DNA from: the human T2T-CHM13v2.0 reference genome, Homo sapiens
Direction: 5' to 3' (one strand)
DNA length: 64,000 bases
NCBI RefSeq assembly: GCF_009914755.1
Contig: NC_060935.1
Notes under the pieces: model-generated
Told to the model about the DNA's origin: nothing
The model's input: the letters and a program-made list of their open reading frames with translations, nothing else
The model's database searches: none
Part shown: positions 1 to 15,885 of the stretch, in pieces
Position numbering within the stretch: the stretch's first letter is position 1
Layout of the letters: each line of letters opens with the position of its first letter
Translations under genes and position numbers: made by a program

Positions 1-54
1 AGGTAATGACTATAGACTGTACAAAGCAATAGGAGCATATGGTAAGCATTATTT

Positions 55-195
55 TGTTTACATTTTATAATTTAGGAAACTGATGCCCAGGAATCTTGAA
101 TAACTTGTCCCATGTTTTCTATTAATAAGAGATTAAAACAGGTCTTGAACTCAGGTATCTTTGCTCCAGAATCCTTACACATAACCACTGGGCCA
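55..195 (-). mobile_element. MIR SINE fragment
   Basis: Degenerate match to reverse MIR core (cattttataatttaggaaactgatgcccag...taacttgtcccatg...ttgaactcagg...aaccactg); ends approximate. Confidence 0.6.
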
Positions 196-227
196 CAGAG
201 TAGGAATGGGATGAAAATGCAGATCTT

Positions 228-538
228 GGCTGGGTGTGGTGGCTCATGCCTGTAATCCCAACACTTTGGGAGGCTGAGGAGTGTGGATCAACTGAAGTCA
301 GGAGTTCAAGACCAGCCTGACCACCATGGTGAAACCTTGTCTTTACTTAAAAAAAAAAAAAAAAAAAAATTAGCTGGGTATGGTAGTGAACATCTGTAAT
401 CCCAGCTATTCAGGAGGCTGAGGCAGGAGAATCGCCTGAACCCAAGGGGCAGAGGTTGCAGTGAGCCAAGACCTAGCCATTGCACTCCAACCTGGACAAC
501 AAGAGTGAAACTCCCTATCAAAGAAAAAAAAAAAGAAA
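228..538 (+). mobile_element. Full-length Alu (AluSq/Sp-like) with 15-bp TSD
   Basis: Begins ggctgggtgtggtggctcatgcctgtaatccc; two arms, expanded A linker and A tail; 'ccattgcactcc' and 'caacaagagtgaaactcc' are Sq/Sp-type; perfect TSD gaaaatgcagatctt at 213-227 and 539-553. Confidence 0.95.
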
Positions 539-2792
539 GAAAATGCAGATCTTAACCACTCTCTGGAGGACAGAGCAGCTCTCCATTGGGATCAAAGACC
601 TAGAAAACAGGAAGTCTTAAAACCTCAAATGCATATGCAGAAAGAGACGTGTAAAGGCATAAATCTGACCTGTCTTTTTGCTTGATCCCATGTGTAGCAC
701 ATAGGAGGTTGTCAATACAAATGTTTAAATGTGAATTGATGCGGATTGTCCTCCCCAAAGAGGATGGAATGCTCTGTTGCCATCCAAAACCTTATTGAAG
801 TATCTATGTGTCCCACTGGCCTCCGGTGGTTGCAGCCGCTAAATGAAAATGTTTAACATACTCCTTCTGAACCAAATCAATTAATGTAAAAGGAGCAGCT
901 ATCCTATGAAAATTCTACTGGATTCGGGTCACTGGGCTCTTCTTCAAGGGCTAGAGGACCATTGTAAGAGAGTGAGGTGATGGGACTAAGACCCCAGGGT
1001 TGTAGCAGGATTTAATTTCCGCCACTGCTTATAATTTAATCTTAGTTATCCATTGAATTTATCATTTTGAGTAGTGTAGAGAAATAATATATGCCTTTTG
1101 ACTGAATGATCTTATTCAAAATATGACAAATGGAAAATTGAAAAGTAAAAAAGTATTAAGATTCTTTCAGAATAAAAATAAACTATTTTCTAATAGGACA
1201 TTAGGCTACAAATCTGCCATTTAGTGGGATTATAAGACTGAATTTATTATTTAAAAGCTTTATTTAATTACTAAGATTTGTTGAAATTTGGGTTTTTCTT
1301 CTGTGAATTGAGGTTGGTAGATCTCATAAATTCCTTAATTCTGTGATTTTTAAGTTGGAGTCTACCGTTTTATTGCAGCCTTTTTATGGGCAGATAGTCT
1401 TCTCTCTCTTATTCATTTATGTGTTCTTTTGTTCATTATCTAACCAACAATGAACAGTGTCGCTATATTCAGAAACTATTCTAAGAAACAAGGACACAGG
1501 AAGGAACGACAATAGTACTACTAAACTGACACTACTCTCCCTTTTTTACATACCTCCAGACACTAAATAAAGCCAACTGCAAAAGGTATATGATGATAAA
1601 GCCGGTCAATAATGAGGAATAAATTAGAAATAGTAGACTCCTAGGAGAAGCATGCACTCAGATTCAGTCCATCATCTCCTAATATAAGAGAGAAAAAGAC
1701 TACCGCATTTGAATGGTGGTTGGGCTTCAAGAGTGTTGCTTACTTTTGCTTATATTTAGGCATGACCAGAAAACCTGTATAAATATAGAGAGGACTGTTA
1801 AGACAAACATTAAAATAAATAAATTTAATGTTTTCATGTTCCTCATTGGATCTCTGGGAAATGAAAGAAAAGAGATATGTAAGTTGATGTGGGGATCAAT
1901 GAATAACTAAATGTTCCTTTCTGAAAGAGTAGTGAGTGGAAATATTTCTTCTTTGGTTGGATACCAGATGGAACAATGTGTCCCTAGGAGGTGAATCACT
2001 GATAGATTAAAAGATCTTTAAAGACACAGACTTGGACAGATGCATCTTTGCATTTCTTCCACCCTATCCCAGTGTATTGCAACATATTTCTGTTTACTAA
2101 AAGGGTACACTTTTATAAAATGTGTTATATTCAGATATTACTGATATTTGACTCCTGAGATGTTACTTCACCTTTCCTTTATGTCTACTTTGCCTCCTCA
2201 ACTGCTTCGCAACCTCCTTGACGATAGAAAATGCATTTTTGGTATCTCCTTGCTCTTCGTTGTGTGGATCATCAATGGATCACTGTCTATTATGAAATAC
2301 ACTAAGTTTATGTGTCACAGTAACCATCAGATTCAATAAAGCACTTTTCCCATTATATTAATATCTATTCTGATGTCTAAGGAAATGTTACTAAAGAGAA
2401 AAAATAATCCTGATAGAGTTTGAAATCCCAACAATAATATGCCTGTAATGACAGCAATGTTTAGAAATAATGAATTCTCTATTAGCAGAAAGATTTAATA
2501 ATATTATGATATTTGGAATGTAAGTGGAGAAAACCAGGGATAATTAAGGCTATCATAAGACTGCATGTAATATGCAATGGTACATGAGATGGCAAACAAA
2601 ATTTACTTATAAGTTATGTTTAAAAACTTTTACTCAAATTTATTTGAAGCTTTGATATTTTATTTTTAAAAAACAATGTTTGAGATCTGTAATGAGCATA
2701 TTAAATATCTAATTTCATAGTACCAACAACTGAAGCCAGTAGTAATGAATACAAATGTAGAACTATTTTCGGAAACATACGTTTGCTTTTAG

Positions 2793-2904
2793 TGGAGCTG
2801 TTTATGGATGAGTTCAACAAGTAGAATAATTAATTTTATTGGGTGCAATTTTAAATTAATTATGAGGATTAACAGCACATTTATTGTCAACTTTAAAATG
2901 AGTG
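2793..2904 (+). other. Possible non-coding exon (unverified)
   Basis: tttgcttttag| acceptor ending 2792 and GTG|GTAAGT donor at 2905; several retained CpGs nearby in otherwise AT-rich DNA. Motif evidence only. Confidence 0.2.
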
Positions 2905-3088
2905 GTAAGTCTCTCGTACGTTGGAATTAAAACTCAAATTGATTTTATCAATTTCAAGTAACGAAAATAAAATCTTATATTTGTGAGATAATTGTGAAGC
3001 CACAATATAAAACGTCATCAAAATCGTCTTTAAAGATCCACCCATGATGATAACAGTGTCTGTTCTACTAATCCTCAAGTTTAATATT

Positions 3089-3158
3089 ATACACACACAC
3101 ATACTCTCTCTGTCTCTCTTTCCCTCTAACACACACACACACACACGCATAAACACAC
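3089..3158. repeat. Compound (CA)n/(CT)n/(CA)n microsatellite
   Basis: Directly visible dinucleotide runs. Confidence 0.85.
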
Positions 3159-3763
3159 AATAGTCAAAACTTAATCTATACTGTTTGCTTATTCTGTGAT
3201 TATTTATTGGTCTATCTTAATTACCCAGTATGTTAGTTTTTTTAAAAAAAAGTATGTATACACATGTTTTTAAACCTTGGCTTTTCTCCTTATTCACTTT
3301 TATTTGCCTATTCATTTCTGATTCTTTTAAGAATTATGTCTTATTATAGAAGGACTTGCTATATTTAAATATTTAGTTCATATGTATTATCTTTTTAAAA
3401 GATATTTAAAAACATTATTAAAAAACTATTGCAATCAATTTTTCTGTATCATTTAGGCTCTATGAATATTTAGAATATTTTAAGTGAAGGAGAAAGTTTT
3501 TCTTCTCTGATGTTTTTCCCCAAGTTCCTCTTGAATATTTTTAATAGCATTTTATTCAGGGAAACTTCATGGAGAAGAGAGCTATTGAATATCTATATAG
3601 AGTGTTAAATATCAGGCAGTCAACAATTAACATTAAGACTTCTGTACTGTGGGAAGTAAAATTGTCAACATCCATTTATTCTGGACCTTAGCCATTAAAT
3701 TTTATTATTTTAAATAAGAAATGGGGAAGACCCTCACAATGTACTTAGAAATGGAAGCAAAAA

Positions 3764-3973
3764 GTTTTTTAAAAAATTAAATTCAGGGGTCCATATGAAG
3801 GTTTATTACCTAGGTAAACTTGTGTCATGGGGGTTTGCTGTACAGATTATTTTATTTTGTCACCCAGGTATTAAGCCTAGTACCCATTAGTTATTTTTCC
3901 TGATTCTCTCCCTTCTCTCATCCTCTACCCTCTAATACGCCCCATCGTGTGTTGTTCCCCTCTATGTGTCCAT
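3764..3973 (-). mobile_element. 5'-truncated L1PA (L1PA13-like) 3' UTR fragment
   Basis: ttcaggggtccatatgaaggtttattacctaggtaaacttgtgtcatgggggtttg...cacccaggtattaagcctagtacccattagttatttttcctgat...gttcccctctatgtgtccat matches the reverse of an older L1PA 3' UTR. Confidence 0.8.
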
Positions 3974-4240
3974 TTTACTTGGACATTATCATGTAAAACT
4001 TGCAACTATCTACTAAGGTTTTTACGATAACTGTAATAAACAACCTACATAAATTCTTTAAGTTTGCTCAGACTCCCTGTAGATGGGGTCGTTGTTCACA
4101 TTATATTTATTCTGAAAGTCTTCTACTTGTTCTCTTCTCTGGGCAAAATTGAAGCACACAGTGACTAGCTCACTTCTTTTTCACGCCCTACACAGCAGAC
4201 AGTGGTCTAATCCTGTCCACTTTCTTCTATCCATCTTTTA

Positions 4241-5628
<1,388 letters not shown>

Positions 5629-8600
5629 TAATAGGAAAAACAAAAACTAAGAAAATCAGGCACTTAAGCTTTCTAGCTGTTACAATGTCATTCTTTAAGA
5701 GTTCAGGGAAACTCTTACTCTTCTGAGGCTTAGTTTCTTCATCTATATATTGAGGTGGCAGGTTTGGCTGAAGTTAGTTTTTTCAACTTCAGCATTCTCC
5801 AATGCCATGGCTAACGTCACAGAAAGCACTCTGGTCACCCTAAATTTTCTTCTACTGCCCTTTCCAATGAACAATGCTGTCTTCCATCAGAGGTACTTCT
5901 TATAGTGTTTCCTGGAGAGATTTTTTTTTTTTAGCATGATTTGCAGAGAATACAAAAGACATTGTTTCCTCATGCTTACTGTTTGGTGAGCAAATTTCAC
6001 TCCATTGCATTGGCATTTCTCACATCCTGCAGAATCAACATGATACTCTGAACTTCATATATGAATAGGAGCAATCAAAGTATACTATTTTCTGTGAAAA
6101 GAATCACCGTGAGTCTGTGCTTTGTTTGGAACTTTGAATTTAATATCTCTCAGAAAAGGTTTCCCTGTATTAAAATGTTAACAACAATTTTCCCTGGGAA
6201 GGGAAGGAAGAGGAGGATTGTGGGTGATCTTTTTTTTTAATCACTATTATTATCTGTTACCCTGTACTTGTCTTCAGTCCACAGTGATTGCATTTCTGTT
6301 ATAAATATACAAATTTTATTTTTTAAATTAAATTTCTCATGTAATCAGCTAAAAATATATAAAATTACTTTCTCAGGAAGATAGCATTTGCATTTGTTTT
6401 AATATCTTTCATAATAGCTAATAATGCAATTTGTTTATATTTCTCTATACATGTTATTATAAAACAGCATTAACAACAGTCGTAATAGACCTAAAATGAG
6501 TTTAGGCCTATTGATTTCCTAAAACATATTTGCATCTTATCTCTCTTTCTATCTTCACAGAATTTATGCCACGTGGTTAGGCTCATTATTATTCTGGATA
6601 TATTAAAAATTTAAAAAAGAGGCAGAGAGAAAGAGATCCAAAATCATTACAAGCACTATATATTTCTACATTAAACAGTTGGTTCTAAATAAACAATGAT
6701 AGCACAGTGATTAAAAAGGTATAGAAATACAACTTGAGTTAGTTTAGTTCTAGCATTCCATGTGACTACTTGGAGTTTCACTTTCTGTTTAAATTATCAC
6801 AATTATAAGGCTATTTGAAAATTTCTGGATCTATCATAAAGAAACACACAGACAGTATTAAAATTTCTAGAATTTGTTTTAAAATGGGATTTGTTGTGAC
6901 TCTCACACTCTATCTCAATCTCTGACTGCATATAAATATGCATGTAAAATAAACTTCTAAAAATAAAATTAATAAAAAGCATTTCTGATCATCTATAATC
7001 AGAGGCAGATTGACAGTTAATGGATTTAATTAAATTGGTTATTGTCCACGAATATTGGAGAAGATCAATTTGATGTACCCATTGACAACTTTGCAGAAGT
7101 TAGGGCTTGATAACGGATATTGCAATGTTAATTCATTGCTATGATAGTAATATGCTGGTATAAGATTTCATTTGTTAAAATATATTATTTTAATTTGAAA
7201 GTACAAATCAACTGTCTTTTTCTGAATTGTAAATTTTAATTTTTTGTTTGTTTATACTGGCAGGATTTTAATTTATGTAAAATTTCAATAAAAGAAAAAT
7301 TTCACTAAGCATCTTTTCTGTCCATCATTATTAGTTACTTCATTACTTGAAAATATATTCATTAAAAAATTATCAGCTCTGCATCTTAAATATACAAGGT
7401 GCAGCCTGGCAACAGATGTTTTCTTGATGTATTTGATATCAGTAATCAGAAAGAAACACTGTGCCCGTTGAAAACAAACCAACATCCATCAAGGAAACAA
7501 CTGCAAATTGCAGTACCATTGCACCATCTCACTCTGCATCTTCAGGAACCTGCAATTCCCTTTCTTGGTCCTTGATATAAATTCAATATAATGGATTTGA
7601 ATGTGTTTAAAAGTCAAATAAATACTACTCCCTTGTCTTCTTTCAAAAGCATTCTCTATGTGATATCTTCATTAAATCATTCTGTCTGTTTTTGTTTTTG
7701 TTTTTCTTTTTCCTTCTCACCTAAATGAATTAACGCTGTGTCCCTGTGATACTGTTTTTGGGATACCTAGATGCCTTTTTTGAGATTGGTATATTTTCTG
7801 TTAGGCATGTGCACACATTCATCATTTTATATGGAGATAAAACAATTGGAACCTAATATTCATACTTGAGATGAAAATAATATTAAAGTTATAAATTCTA
7901 CCTCTGAGTAAATTTTCTTCTTAAAAGTACTTTAAAAAATTAAATCATACCACTTTGATTAGAACTACTTATCTGAAAAAACACATTTGTCAAATCAGAC
8001 TTTCTGATGTCAAATAGTGAACACCAAATAGAAAAACACAAACAGTATCATACAGTTTCTTCATTTCAGTCTAAATTAAACAGAAAGTAATTAACTCACA
8101 ATTACACATCTGGAGGGGCAAGGTATCTAAATAATTCAAATTGGCAAATTAAAAATAATTTAGATGATCAACACAGATTTTTGCATGTGGGTTTTAAGGT
8201 AGATGTTTCATAGTATGTGCATATGCTTTATAACTAATAAAGACAAATTATCTAATTCAGAAACAAACATCTTAGGTCAAAATATAGAAATTCTTCTTGA
8301 GTCTAGAAGAAATCAATGATTACATAATAAAAATACATCAGAACAATAAAACTAACTTCAGAAATGTTTTATAAATCAAAACCCATCCTTCCTCCAAAAC
8401 ATTTAAGAAGGATATTTTGAAATCTGAAAAGAATCTGTTTTGGTTGGTCTATGTATTTTTTCCTCTCAAAATTAACTTTGATGCATAGAGCCAGTGGATA
8501 GTAGACAGTATTCATTGTGGTCACACAATTATGTCTCCAGATTAGACAATAAGGTCATTGGATTCAACCCACTCCTGGGAGCTATCCCTACTCTGAAAGC

Positions 8601-9249
8601 CAAAGGGATAATTTTATTGCACTTACATACAGTATCATTCCCTTATCCATGTTAATTCATGCTTAGCACTTATTCCTAGATGAATCATTGAGGTCCAGAT
8701 ATGTGAAGTAAGTTACTTAAGGTCAAAATCAAAGTCAAGAAAACACAGTAACAACTCCCCTCAATATACCTGGTCTTTCGCACTTTCCATTACCGTTAAT
8801 TTTTGCAATCACCCAAAACCAAAGACAGAGGCCAAGTCAGTTCTTGCAGAACTATAGCCACTGAGCAAACAACCTCCCTCTGTATACATTTGCTTTGATT
8901 GTACTGGAGAATAAATTGTCAGATTTTGAGAAATGCATACAGAAACTCTTCTGCTCAAAGCAGTCCCCTGTGTGCTATGGCTTGAGAAGATGAGTCTTGA
9001 GGGCACTGTTGACAAACCATTGATTTCATGAGGTATGTTGCTATAGGTTTTCTTTGAGTCTTTCTAACTTAGAAAGACTACAAGCTACATGCTTTAATCT
9101 CCTAGTTACCTGAATTTTCTTGACAGTGATCTTTCAAATAACCAAATTGATTACTAGGGCTGACAGATATTCTAAGGATGACGACAGAAAAATTAGAAAG
9201 GAAACTAACTGCTAACAAACTAAACATTAGCTTCCTGAAGTTATAAGAC

Positions 9250-9440
9250 ATTTTTTTAACATATATGAGTCCTTCTAACTTTCACAAGAATTCTGCAAGA
9301 CATATATTCCCATTTTATCAAAAAGGAAACTAAAGCTCAGAGATAGGCCACAGCTTGCCCATTGTTAGGCAGTCACAAAAATAGAGTTAAGACCTAGTTG
9401 TGGCTGATTTGAAAAGCCATTCCCAATCTTTACATTGCAC
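9250..9440 (-). mobile_element. MIR fragment
   Basis: cccattttatcaaaaaggaaactaaagctcagaga...cttgccca; reverse MIR core. Confidence 0.6.
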
Positions 9441-9773
9441 TGATTCATGTATTTTCATTTGAAGTATATGTTAAGTCCAAACACAACTGATGTAAAATCT
9501 TTGGGTAACAGAATAGTCACCAAACTAGCACTCATCTGGGACCTGCCTCAGCCTCGTCATCTTTCTTTGTAGTCCTTGAGTCAAAGCACTTCTATCTCAG
9601 AATGGTTAAGTTTGTAGCTTTGAGATCAAAATTGGTGATTAGCTCTGACTGACTTAACCTCACTCCCTTGCTTAGCACTTTCCTGAAGGGTATCGACTTC
9701 TAGAAATAAAACTCACTCTCAGCAAGATGCAGTACCTGTTATCTCTCATATTTTTCCTGAACAGCACATTGGA

Positions 9774-10594
9774 AAGGTTGGCCTCATGGTTGTGCAACCA
9801 GAGCAGTCAAACAAAGCTCCACACCCAGAAGGGTCTTATGCTTGGGCTTTAATGTTCTGCAGTCATTGTTTTTAAATTCTTAATAAATTAGATTTTAATT
9901 TGCATTTTGGCAGTGAATTCCAACGGGTCAATGGAGCATGCTCTGGGAGCTTCAAGATTAAGCTCAAGGGAATCCCCTCTTTGGCAGCCTCACTATTTTC
10001 CCACCTCCCTGAGATGAGTTTTCCACTGCATGCTTCACTGCCACCTGGCATTTTGGGTCCCAGTTGGCCTGCTCCTCCCATGCTATCAAGGAACCAGTGT
10101 TGCCTTGCAACCCTGGAAGGGGCCTGGGCATGTTATAGAGTCAAGGTTAGGTAACTGAGGACTCCAGCTGGGATATGAAGCAGCCTTCTCTGTCTTGGGC
10201 TGGCCATGTTGTTTAGCAAGTGAGCCCAGAGTACAGATTACAATCACTTCGATGTGGTCTATTCCTCATGGGTTCAGATAGGCCAACTCATGGGAAAGGA
10301 AGATGCCTCACTTTACTTCCCCGTCCTGGCTGGTGGGAAGGAGAATCTTCCAGCTGGTGGGTCCTGGTGCACACATGCAGATTTGCAGGGTAGCACTGGT
10401 GAGCCTGTGAGGGTCTGCACATGCCTGGGAGTAACCCCTGCCTGAAAGATGAGACATTAAATAGCAAATAAAAAATACCATGATAGGTCAAGAAAGAGAC
10501 CTGAGAGAGATAAAAAGTTTTTTATTTTTGAACAAAAGTAAGTCTCCATATTTTTATTATGCATCAGGCATTGTAAATAATGTAGCCAGCCCTG
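9774..10594 (+). mobile_element. MER45B/C-type hAT-Tip100 DNA transposon fossil
   Basis: 5' end (aggttggcctcatggttgtgcaacc...gcagtc...cagaaggg...tttaatgttctgc...aaattcttaataa) and 3' end (tttttgaacaa...gtaaataatgtagccagccctg) match MER45 termini; ~820 bp, longer than MER45A; degenerate 8-bp TSD acattgga (9766-9773) / acactgat (10595-10602). Confidence 0.75.
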
Positions 10595-13159
10595 ACACTG
10601 ATATAAAGGGATTTGGGTTTCTCTGAATAGCAAGTAAATCAGTGAGCATACCTAAGCCAGTTTGCTATCTTTTTCCTGCTCCCTTGCCTGATGAAATCTT
10701 GGGGGAAAAATCTCACCCCTCTGTAGTTCTCTAGTGCATTTACTTTTTCAACTGCATGACAACATGTTTTGTATATTAAAAACTTATGTTCTATATTATA
10801 ATTCGGGTTCTTAAAAGGAAAGAGCCACACTTTCTTTCTTTTTTTATTTTTTGGATGAGTGTTCTCCCTGTTCTAAAAATGAAATGTAATAAAATGAATG
10901 TATAGTATATATTAGCATTCTGAAACCTGATTAAGGAAATGCTGTTTAGCTCCACCTTTCCTTTATCTGACACATTCAAAATAAGTCTTCTAAAACTAAA
11001 CTAAGCAAACGATAATACGTTTTACAGAATGGACTCGGATGTAGAATTGTTCAGATTTCAGACCATTATTTCCCTTTTGAATGCAACTGTGTGATGGTCA
11101 GATGAGCCATTCACTCCAGAAGCAGTTACTGAGTGTCTACTATACACCTATCTCATACTAGTTGCAAGGAAAAGGAGAATGACATGAACTCATACTTACT
11201 GTGCCAGACACTTTGTGCACACTCATTCATTTCCTCCTCACAACAAATTAAGAGGTAGATATGGTTGGCCTGGCTTTCTAAACAAAAACATCAAGCTTCA
11301 ATTTTTTAAGGTAAAAAAGTCAATTTTCACCTAGAAAGTGGGAAGGTCATTCAATGGTGATGTTAATGAAAAACCTATCAATGACAGTGACTGATTTTTT
11401 TGTTTGGTATTAATATGAAGACTCCATGTTTAGGTTAATCTATCACACCCTCCCCTCTCATGTTTATTCTGTACTCCTAGCAGGAGAAGCAGAATACAAC
11501 GCTTAGCACCTTTCTGTAGTTATCTTTAAAATAAATGATGATGTTGAATGTGCACATCTCAGTGTGATTCTCAGCAACTTGTAATCAAAGCCCTTCCTGT
11601 TTCTATTAGAATTTGTCAATTGAAGGGCATTGTTTCTAACACCGAGGAAAAAACAGCCATTGAGAACACACTTTCAGTTAGGAAAGAACTGTCTGTGTTT
11701 GTCCTAGAGAAGAAGAAAGATGTTTCTTACTAACGTAACATCTAGCCACTCCAGAGTTGGTCATGTTACGTCCTGCTTGGAAAAATAACATTCTGCCCAT
11801 GTCCAAGTTCAAGCTCTCAAGGAGGTCTCTTGTGCTCCCTCCCTTAACAAGTGTGGCTGATGTGTTTTCCCCTAGAAATTACTTAGTATTTTACAGAGCC
11901 TTTGAGGAGAAAATCTTGTAATGCTAATTAGCTAATTTACAAACATTAATTAACCAATTCTCAAAAGAGATATGGATAAAAAGTAGGCTACTCTATGCTA
12001 GTCTAGCAATGAGAAAGTTCTAGTTAAATAATCCACCCTATCAAGGTCATAATCTGTGTCAAAGAACAGGGAATGATAGATGAAATAGAAAAGACCAAAC
12101 TGGCTGATGTCTTCATTGAGCAAAAATCCATTTCCTCTTTAATTCCAAGTAGAGGTCTTATTTTTCTGCTCATCTTTTCCTTGTTCCAATCCATGTAACT
12201 CCATCCCTGAAGTTGTCCCTTGTGCTCTAACTCATGTGGATATCTCCTTTCTCCAGTACATTTTCATCTATATTACTAAAATCAGTTTGCAAGTGTGCTT
12301 AATAATTTAATGCACATACTTGTTATTTTCCCAGATTAATCTTTTGGAGGACAGAGCGAAAGGCCACCCTGGATTGGGAACTCCTCCATTCCCAGTACAC
12401 AGTGGGAAAACTACTTAACAATTTCCAGTTTGATTTTACAGACTCCATATTGCTTTCACTAGACATAAGAACTAATTATTGTTACTCCACCAAGCACATG
12501 TGAAAATTGAGGCTTTGTGTGGCTAAAATGTTTCCTAGGATCATGTAAATAATATGTGACAGAGTAGGGTTACATCTCCTATTATTCTTATGAAAAAAGA
12601 AATAATATTAGCATGCTTCCAAGTTTACAAATGAGAAAACCTAGGCTCAGAAGAAGACACTGCTTGCTGAAGATGAAAAATCATGTTACAGAGAAGTAGT
12701 ATGGTATTATAAGAAAGAGAAGACATGAGCAATTAACTACCAAAAGGAAGCCTGCATAAAATGGGTTGACATGCCAGGGACAGTTGCCCTTGTATGAGTC
12801 TCAAAGCAGCTGAACAATAGCCTTTTTGGACCCTGTGTGCTGCTACCTTCAAAATAATCTTAGAGGCTGGAGCTACAGTACAGAGCTGTAGATTGTATGA
12901 ACAGGTGTGGCAGATATGATGGGATGAAATACTTAGGAATAGTCACCATTGGTAACTCTTCCACTTTGCTACACCCGTGAAGTTAAACATTTCAATCTTA
13001 TCATATGGACCTTATCCATTGGACAACCACCACCATTTTTTGAGAGGTCACCAAGTTCTAGTTCTAGATAAGTGCTTTATAACCATTAACTTAATTCTTG
13101 AGTTATTATGCGGTAAGGGTTGTTTTCCCCATTTTACAGTTTGAGAAAAGAAACTTGCA

Positions 13160-13660
13160 CATGCATTTATTCATTAATTCATTAGACAGATAATTAAATT
13201 CCATTGTGTGCCAAAAACAGTTCTCAGTGCTGGCTAAGAGTTATGGACCTAGTAGACAAGACATCTTCTTTCCTCATGGAGCTTATAATACAATAGTTAA
13301 AGAAAAACAAGGAGGTAAACATAGATATTTGTGATTTTTATTTGAGAAAGTAACAGATTGCTATTATGAAAGAAAATTGGGATCATGACTGGAAAACTAT
13401 GTGTGAATGCCTAGAAAAGGTGATCAGGAAAGGTCACATTCTAACTTGAAATCTAAAGCATGAGGAGACTTCTTTTCCAAGAGCTGATGGCAGGGCCATT
13501 TAAACTAACTTGACAGTAAAGATTAAAGTTCTGACATAGAAGAATTTGGGTGTTTTTAAAAGTTGAATGTGGCTTGGGTGGCTAGATCAGTTCGAACATA
13601 GAGAAAATGATGGCATAAGATGACACTTTAGAACAGGTAAAGAAAGAGAAATGAGAAGCT
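13160..13660 (-). mobile_element. L2 LINE 3' fragment
   Basis: cattTATTCATTaattcatt...tgtgtgcca...cagttctcagtgctgg...agacaag...cctcatggagctta...gatcaggaaagg; reverse L2 3' end. Confidence 0.65.
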
Positions 13661-15885
13661 ATTTAAGAGACTTGGTAAGGTGAAGAGGAATGAAGGAAGA
13701 AGGGGGGTTGATAGTGTCCCATAGATACAAGAGAAGCAGCTAGAATTTGTGGCCAAATCTATCTGACCTCAAATCCATGTGCTTGACCATCTAATTCCTA
13801 CACCTTTAACACTAAATTCCCAGCTTGACAAAATTCCCACCTTGACAAAATTGATTGACCTAGTCTTGTGATTGTATGGGAGTCAGAGACCATGATGTTT
13901 AACCCGGAGAAACTGAAGCCCAGAGATGCTGCCTTCCAGAGTCCCAAGACTAGTCCGGGTGTTAGGAAGTAGAGTGGGGAGAAAAAACCTTGGCCCAACA
14001 TAGTGGAGTTGGGAGTCGGAGGACAGAAAGTGAAACAGAGACAACAGAAGAGAGAAGAGAGAGAACAGAGAAAAGAGAATGAACTAAATTATCACATCTT
14101 AAAGCTAAAACAGATCCTTGACTCCAATTAGACTAAACCATCCTGTTGCTGAATCTGAGCGGTTCAGTGATTGACTAAGATTTTACAAGAAATATGAGCA
14201 TGACTACACTAGAATCCATTTGCCCAGATGCTTGAGAATAAATGTAAACAAGTGACAAACAACAAAACATAGCAAATGTTGAAAATACATATGTGTTTTG
14301 TAATGAGTCTGGTTAAAATATGACTACAGGCTAGGTGAGAACACAGAGAATGACTCTGTTTGAAATTAAGGTGAAGATAGTTTTAATTATCTCCACTGTG
14401 AAATGATTTGCAGGTAATTTGTAAGAGCTTGAAGCAGAAAACAAATACTTCTCTCCCAATGCAGGTGATATGTTGTTGCATATGTTAAATTTTCACTGCA
14501 CTCTATAATGTAATAGCTTTTGGACTTGAGAGTTTAGTCATTACAAAGTAATTGATCTAAAATTAATAAATCCATATTGCAAGGGGGTAAGGGTAGAGAA
14601 AAGCAGTTTTAATCCCTATTTTTCCAACTTTTCTCCTGAAAAATGACAGCTCTTATTATAAAATAGTCATTTTATTTGATCAGGTCATTATCTTTCCAAG
14701 CCTTTTCATCACCTTATCATTTAGTGGCCTATCAATCTCCTTTCTACCCTCTTTCTCTTTGGGGAAAGATTTACACACCACTCTCCCAACTACGGAAAAA
14801 CCAGAAGCATCTTTAAAGGGAAATATAACAGATATCTCGAAAGATTTATGGAAGCATTTAAAATTGTTTAAAAATGTTATCAAAAAATGGTTGAAGAAAC
14901 CCAGCATAGAACTTTACATAGAGTAAACGTCTTCCTATGAGGAAGCTCCTCCCTCTGTGTTTTCATGCCTAATTCATCTCAGCATCAACTTCTCCTGTGT
15001 ATGTTCCATTATAAACTAGTCTGTTTTTTTAGTAAGTTCAACTACCAAGTAATCTAGAATGCCCTGCAATTAACAGTCAAAGTTAGATGGCACATTTGCT
15101 TGAAAAGGCAGCCAGTTAATTTACTACTTTTAAAATAATAACCTCTTTTGTTAAGTGCAAGGTAATAATGATTCCAAGTTAGTATTGGATCTGATTTCCA
15201 GGAATGATTATGCCTAATGCAACTTGCATCTAAAACACCATCGGCTATGTGTCTATAAGGAAAGCAACTCATCTAAAAGACTTGATATACTTAGTTTGTC
15301 TGATTATTTTACATACAGTAGAATTACAGTTAACATGGCTCATATACTAAAAAAAAAAAAAAAAATCCTTTGGCCACTTATTAGTCCATCCTAGGTTTTC
15401 AGGGTGCAGAAAGAAATAAGGAAATGCTGTTGTCTTTTAATTGCTAATACTTTTTTGTTTTATGGATTTATTGGATGGATGGGGAATAAGGCGGATTATG
15501 ATTTTGATATGGGCTGAAACATATCTCCATCAAAAACATCAAGCAGAATTCAAGATTGATATTATTCAGTCACTTATATTAATATTATAAAAAATAATTA
15601 ATAAAATTTAGAGGTATACATTGTTCCCATATTCACCATATATCATTTATTTCTATTCTTATCTAGTATATTTAGCAAATATTTAACTAGTTCCTGTAAT
15701 TTTCATAGGTGTATCAAAAATGAATAAGAATATATAAGTAAATATTTAGTATGAGTTAGGTCCTTAAAATATGGCATTTAATCCTTATAACTCACAAGAA
15801 ACAAAATAAGCTAAATGGAGAAAGTGGCAATTGAACTGATTCTTCAATACACAATAGCCTCTACCTTACAGGAAAGAAGAGGGCA

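Noticed and set aside
6484-6512. 12-bp inverted repeat (aatagacctaaa / tttaggcctatt) with 5-nt loop
   Set aside because: Too short and AT-rich to distinguish from chance; no miRNA-size stem.
13814-13852. 17-bp tandem duplication aaattccca(g/c)cttgaca
   Set aside because: Ordinary micro-duplication with no further structure.
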